This document shows positions 59,151 to 64,000 of a stretch of 64,000 nt of DNA, piece after piece (within the stretch, counting starts at the first letter, position 1; each line of letters starts with the position of its first letter). The stretch comes from the human T2T-CHM13v2.0 reference genome, Homo sapiens: assembly GCF_009914755.1 (NCBI RefSeq), contig NC_060929.1. The stretch is one strand, 5' to 3'. The translations under genes were made by a program, and so were the position numbers. The notes below the pieces were generated by a model, which had not been told where the DNA came from, searched no databases, and saw only the letters and a list, made by a program, of their open reading frames with translations.

Positions 59151-60636
59151 TAGTGGCAAAGCTAGAATTTGACCCATGTCTAATCCTAGACATATTTGGT
59201 TTTCATCTTTAATGGAGATAAAATTTAAAATTGCCTTCGAAAAATTCTCAGTTCATTTTTACAGTACTTTCACTCACTCCCTTGAATGATTCTTCAACTC
59301 ATAGGGGAGGAAGTGCCCAGGAAGAACAATCCTGTATGGGATTCTATTCTTGGTATGGGCAAAAAAAAGCCAAATTACAACAACAAAAAAACCCAAACCC
59401 ACTACTGTCTCTCCCCCTGCCTCCAATAAGCTGGAGTTCTAAAACTGCCTCACCAATTAATTCCATTTTAAGTCTCCCCATCCTCTCTCCCCACCACTTA
59501 GATATTTGTTCTCTGTCTGCGTATAATTGGTCTTCTTACTAACCACTTCAGTTTTCCTGTAGATTAACATCTGGCCTCTGCAGATGGAAAGTGTGCTGTT
59601 GAAAGAAACATCTTCTTGCTCCAGAATGTACAAATGAAAACAAGTTTAAACACAAAATAATTTTGTTTCTAAACATGATATAAAATTATTTCCTCACAGG
59701 AACATATAGCTTGCACTGAAAACCACACTTCTGTGTGCTTTTTAGTTTCCTAAAGAGAGAGATAAATATAGACAAATGATGTCTGTGTAATTGACAGTAA
59801 TACTAGGCTTAATTTTGTCTCCCATTGCTGAAAGCCTCTAGGGGACATTACTAGAGATATATGTCCAGTAGACAATTAGCAGCTCCAGCTTTAATCACCA
59901 TCTCCCTAATGAGTTAAATCTGTCCCCGTGGGAGCTTTGGATTTCTCTAGTTAGCTCTTTCTCTAGTCGGTGTTAGTGTCGTTGCCTTATTTCAGGGAGC
60001 TGTTATAGTGGCAACTATTTCCTGTTTTATACTTCTATCTCAGTTGTTCTTTGATGGATTATTTGGTGTTGGTGGATTTTTTTTTTTTTTGGAGGGGGTT
60101 AATTTTAGTTTCTGTTCTTTTTGTTCTTTCATTGTCCAATAATACCTTAGGATGGTTGGTTGAAAAACAAAGAAAAACTAAATGAGTCCCAAATCAGTTG
60201 ATTTTGCAACATTTCATTTTTAAATGTTAAATTTAGTTTTAGCATTAAATCATACTTTTTTAATACACAGTCATATCCTAGTCTAAAGAAATGTTGAATG
60301 TCTTTATGGTGTCGATGGACATATAATGGAGGAAGAAATTAGAATTGTCTTCCTACAATAAGCATTATGGATTTTATCTACGTAGTAAATTTGAATTATT
60401 TTAATTCAAATGTGGGAAACTCAATTCAAACTTGAAGAAAAGCTGGATTTATTGGGTTACATAACTGAAAAATACTGGAGTCTAATAGTCTGTGGCTCAT
60501 CCGAATCTGGGAACTTACATAATATTTGGAGTTGGTTTCCTCTTTTGTATTGGCTTCATTTTCCAACACGTTCTTTTCAGAGTGGTGAGATGCTTCCTTA
60601 CTATTCATTCCAAGCTTACATCTTATTATTAAAAAC

Positions 60637-60861
60637 ATGGGTCAGTAACCTTTTTCTGTAATGGGCCAGATAGTATTTCAGGCTTTGTGGGCCATGTGGT
60701 CGCGATTGCAGCTACTAACTTTGCTGCTGTGGCTAAAAAGCTGCCATGGACAATATGTAAATGAATAGGTATAGCCTTGCTTCAGTAAAACTTTATTATT
60801 TACAAAAACAGATGGCTGGCTTGATTTGGGTCATGGGCCATACATAGTTTGTTGATCCCTG
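60637..60861. mobile_element. MER58A-like hAT MITE
   Basis: ttttctgtaatgggccagatagta...gtaaaactttatt...atagtttgttgatccctg. Confidence 0.8.
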
Positions 60862-61189
60862 ATCTGTAAGTCTAGTGGAAAGAGAGCTTTTATGTAATCA
60901 TTCCAAGAAAGTTCTTTAATTGGATTTTATTGGACTAACTACTTGGTCCAGAGGCTAGGATGGATGAATTGACCAGAACTTACTCATGTGCCCATTGCAC
61001 TGGAGCTGTATAAATGATGGCAGAAGGTCATCTTCCTCTGAGAGAAAAAGCATTGTTGTATGAGGGAAGGAGGTAGACACTAGTCAAGAAAAGCAGCACA
61101 GTTTCTACTTACTCTCAGATGTATGTTCCTTTAAATTTTATGTTCAGAAAACTTCCTCTTTGAAACTTGGCCAAGGGGGGAAATGCCAA

Positions 61190-61418
61190 GTTTACCGCTA
61201 ACATCATAATTAGGGTAAAAGACTGAATGCTTTCCCTCTAAGACTAGGAACAAGTTGAGGGTGTTTGCTGTCACCACTCTTACTCAGCAGAGGACTGGAA
61301 GTCCTAGTCAGTGCAGTAGGGCAAGAAATTAATATAACAGGCATACAGAGTGGAAAGAAAGGTATACAACTGCCCCCACTTTCAGATAACACAATTGTCT
61401 ATGTAGAAAATCCCAAGG

Positions 61419-61459
<41 letters not shown>

Positions 61460-63560
61460 CTTCTATAATTAGTAGGTGAGTTCAGCAAGGTCACAGGATA
61501 CAAGATAGACATATGCACAAAATCAATCATATTTCTGTAGATTAGCCATAATCATATGGTGATCAAAGTCAAAAGTGTAACACCATTGATAGTCAGTCTC
61601 CCCAAAAATGAAGTGACTAGGTATAAATCTAATTAAGCATGTAGAGGGCCTGTGTGTTGGAAATTACAAACTGCTGCTGAAAGAAACTAAAGAGGATCTG
61701 AGTAAATGGAGAGACATTAATGGGTTGGAAAAATCAACATAGTAAAGATGTCAATTCTCCCCAAAGTGATTATAGGTTTAATGCAATTCCTATTAGAATC
61801 ACAGCAAGATTTCTTATAGATACAGACAAGCTTGTTCTAAAATTTATATATAAAGGCACAGAAACCAAAATAGATAAAACAATTTTAAAAAAGAAGAATG
61901 AATTGGAAGTAGTCTGTCTACCCTATTTTAAGACTTTCTTTTTAGTGACAGTAATCAAGACTGTGGTATTGACAGAGGGATAGACACGTAGATCAATGGA
62001 ACAGAATAAAGAACCCAGAAATAGACTCACACAAATATGCCCAATTGATTTTTGACAGAGGTGCAAAAGCAGTTCAATGGAGGAAGGATAGTTTTTTTGA
62101 GAAATGGTGCTTTTTAGAACTAAACATCCATAGGAAAAAAAAAAAAAGCCTTGACTTAAACCTCATATCTTATACAAAATTTAATTCAGAATGGATGACA
62201 GATCTAAATGTAAAATGTAACACTTGAAAACTTTTAGAAGAATGTGTGGAATCTAGGACTAGATGAAGAGTTTTTAGATGCAATGCGGAAAGCATACACA
62301 ACCCATAAAATAAAAAATGGATAAAATTTTCTTCATCAAAATTAAACGCTTTTGCTTTGTGTGTGAAAGACCCTGGTAAGAGGATGAAAAGGCAGTCTAC
62401 AGAATGGTAGAAAATATTTGCAAAAACATATATCCGATAAGGGACTTATTTACATCTAGTTCTTTTTTAGATCTAGGATTAAATAAATAAATAAATAAAT
62501 AAGAACTCTCAAAACTTAACAGCTAAAGAGAAACAGTCCAATTAGAAAAAGGGCAAAAGACACAAGGAGACATTTTACCAAAGAGAATATGGCGAATAAG
62601 CACAGGAAAAGATGTTCAATATCATTAGCCATTAGGGAAATGCAATCTAAAACCACTATGAACTATCACCTTCTAGAATGACTAAAATTAAAAGTAGTGA
62701 AAATACTGAATGCCGGCAAGGATGCAGAGAAACTGGATCTTCTGTACACTGCTAGCGGGAATGTAAAATGAAACAGCCATGCTGGCAAGTCACTTGGCAG
62801 TTTCTAAAACTAAATATTGCTGTTACTCTATGACACAGCAATTGCTCTGGGGCATTTAATCCAGAGAAATGAAAACTGTTCGCACAAAAACCTGTATGCA
62901 TAAACCTCCCTCATAGCAGCTTTATTCATAATAGCTTGAAACTGGAAGTACTACAGATGTCCTTTAATGGGTGAATGGTTAAACAAACTGGTACATCCAT
63001 GCAATAGAATACTGTTTGGCAATGGAAAGAAATGAACTATTGGTACACAACAACCGGGTGCATCTTAGGAGCATTATGCTAAATGAAAAAGGCCAGTCTC
63101 AAAAAAAAATATACTTTAATTTTGTAACATTTTTGAAGTGACAGTTTTAGAAATGGAGAATGGAATAGTGATATCCAGGGTATACGGACATTGGAAGTAG
63201 GAAGCAACTATAAAGGGGGTAGCACAAGCAAGTCCTTCGTGGTGATGGAATAGTTCTGTGTTTTGATCTTGGTGGTTAGTTATATGAAACCATATTAAAG
63301 TAGTTATGAGAAACTGCAGCAAAGTATATGTGTATACTTCTGTACAATCCTACATACACACAGATGAACTCATGTCAAAACTGATGGAGTTTGAACAACG
63401 AGTATAGTCTAGTTAACAATATTGTCCTAGTGACAATTTTCTGGTTTTGATGCTATGTTATAGTTTTAAAAGATAGTATCATTGGATTATGGGGGGGGAA
63501 GTAGGGCAAAAGAGTCACAGGACACTACTATTTTTATAATAGTATGAAATTATAACTTTA
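61190..63560 (+). mobile_element. Old L1 (ORF2 3' half plus 3'UTR, L1M-type), degenerate
   Basis: Broken ORF2 relics in the ORF track: LSPLLLS...EVLVSAVGQE...DNTIVYVENPK, YRFNAIPI, IFDRGAKAVQWRKDSFFEKWC. Confidence 0.9.
61420..61457. repeat. (AC)n microsatellite inside L1
   Basis: About 19 perfect AC units. Confidence 0.93.
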
Positions 63561-64000
63561 AAAAACAACAAAGTTAGCTATTCAGATAGTCAGATAAAGC
63601 TTTGAAATGATTCTGCTGGATTTTTTCACTTTCTGTTAAATCTGGGTTGACAAACAATAGGGTCACTGTTGCAACTCCATAAGCTTTTGTTTTACTTTTG
63701 TGTGGCCATTGTCTAAGGCTTGGGAACAGATGACTTTTCATATTAAATTGGACACGGAAACCTTAGTTCAGACTGCATAAATACCACAGCTCAGGAAAAT
63801 TTTAGAGACAGCAGAGTTTCTTTGGCGAGTTTCCAATAACTAAAGTTGTCTCTCCTTTTCTCATTGCATATTGCTGGTAAGCATGTTTGCTAAAAGAAAG
63901 TAGAATAGAATTTCTACCAGCCCATCATCATTGCCAACATATACACACCCAACTTGAAGTATTTAATATCCATCTGCTATGGAAAAGATGGCTCAGGAAG

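Noticed and set aside
61190-63560. Functional L1 reverse transcriptase
   Set aside because: Many stops and frameshifts, an internal (AC)n and 5' truncation

Overview
Human (primate) genomic DNA lying entirely inside the large RhoGAP gene ARHGAP26 (GRAF1) on the + strand. Nine GT-AG internal coding exons (857 nt; exons 3-11 by my recollection of the canonical numbering) join into one open frame encoding most of the BAR domain and the whole PH domain. The remaining ~98% is intron, filled with Alu, MIR, L2, old L1, MaLR LTRs, hAT MITEs (MER5/MER58), one MADE1 and microsatellites. Almost all ORFs in the supplied track are chance or repeat-derived. I see no evidence for a new multi-gene system. 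The most interesting signals are: (1) exons 5-11 total 723 nt with phase-0 ends, so a back-spliced circle would have an endless stop-free ORF with strong Kozak ATGs; (2) a 28-nt insertion in an Alu copied from ~620 bp downstream, with microhomology at both junctions; (3) a MADE1 (miR-548-type hairpin element) with an internal 39-bp duplication; (4) a compact CCAAT/ETS/C-EBP/AP-1 cluster in intron 10. Exon coordinates were read base by base. Repeat boundaries and subfamilies are by-eye estimates.
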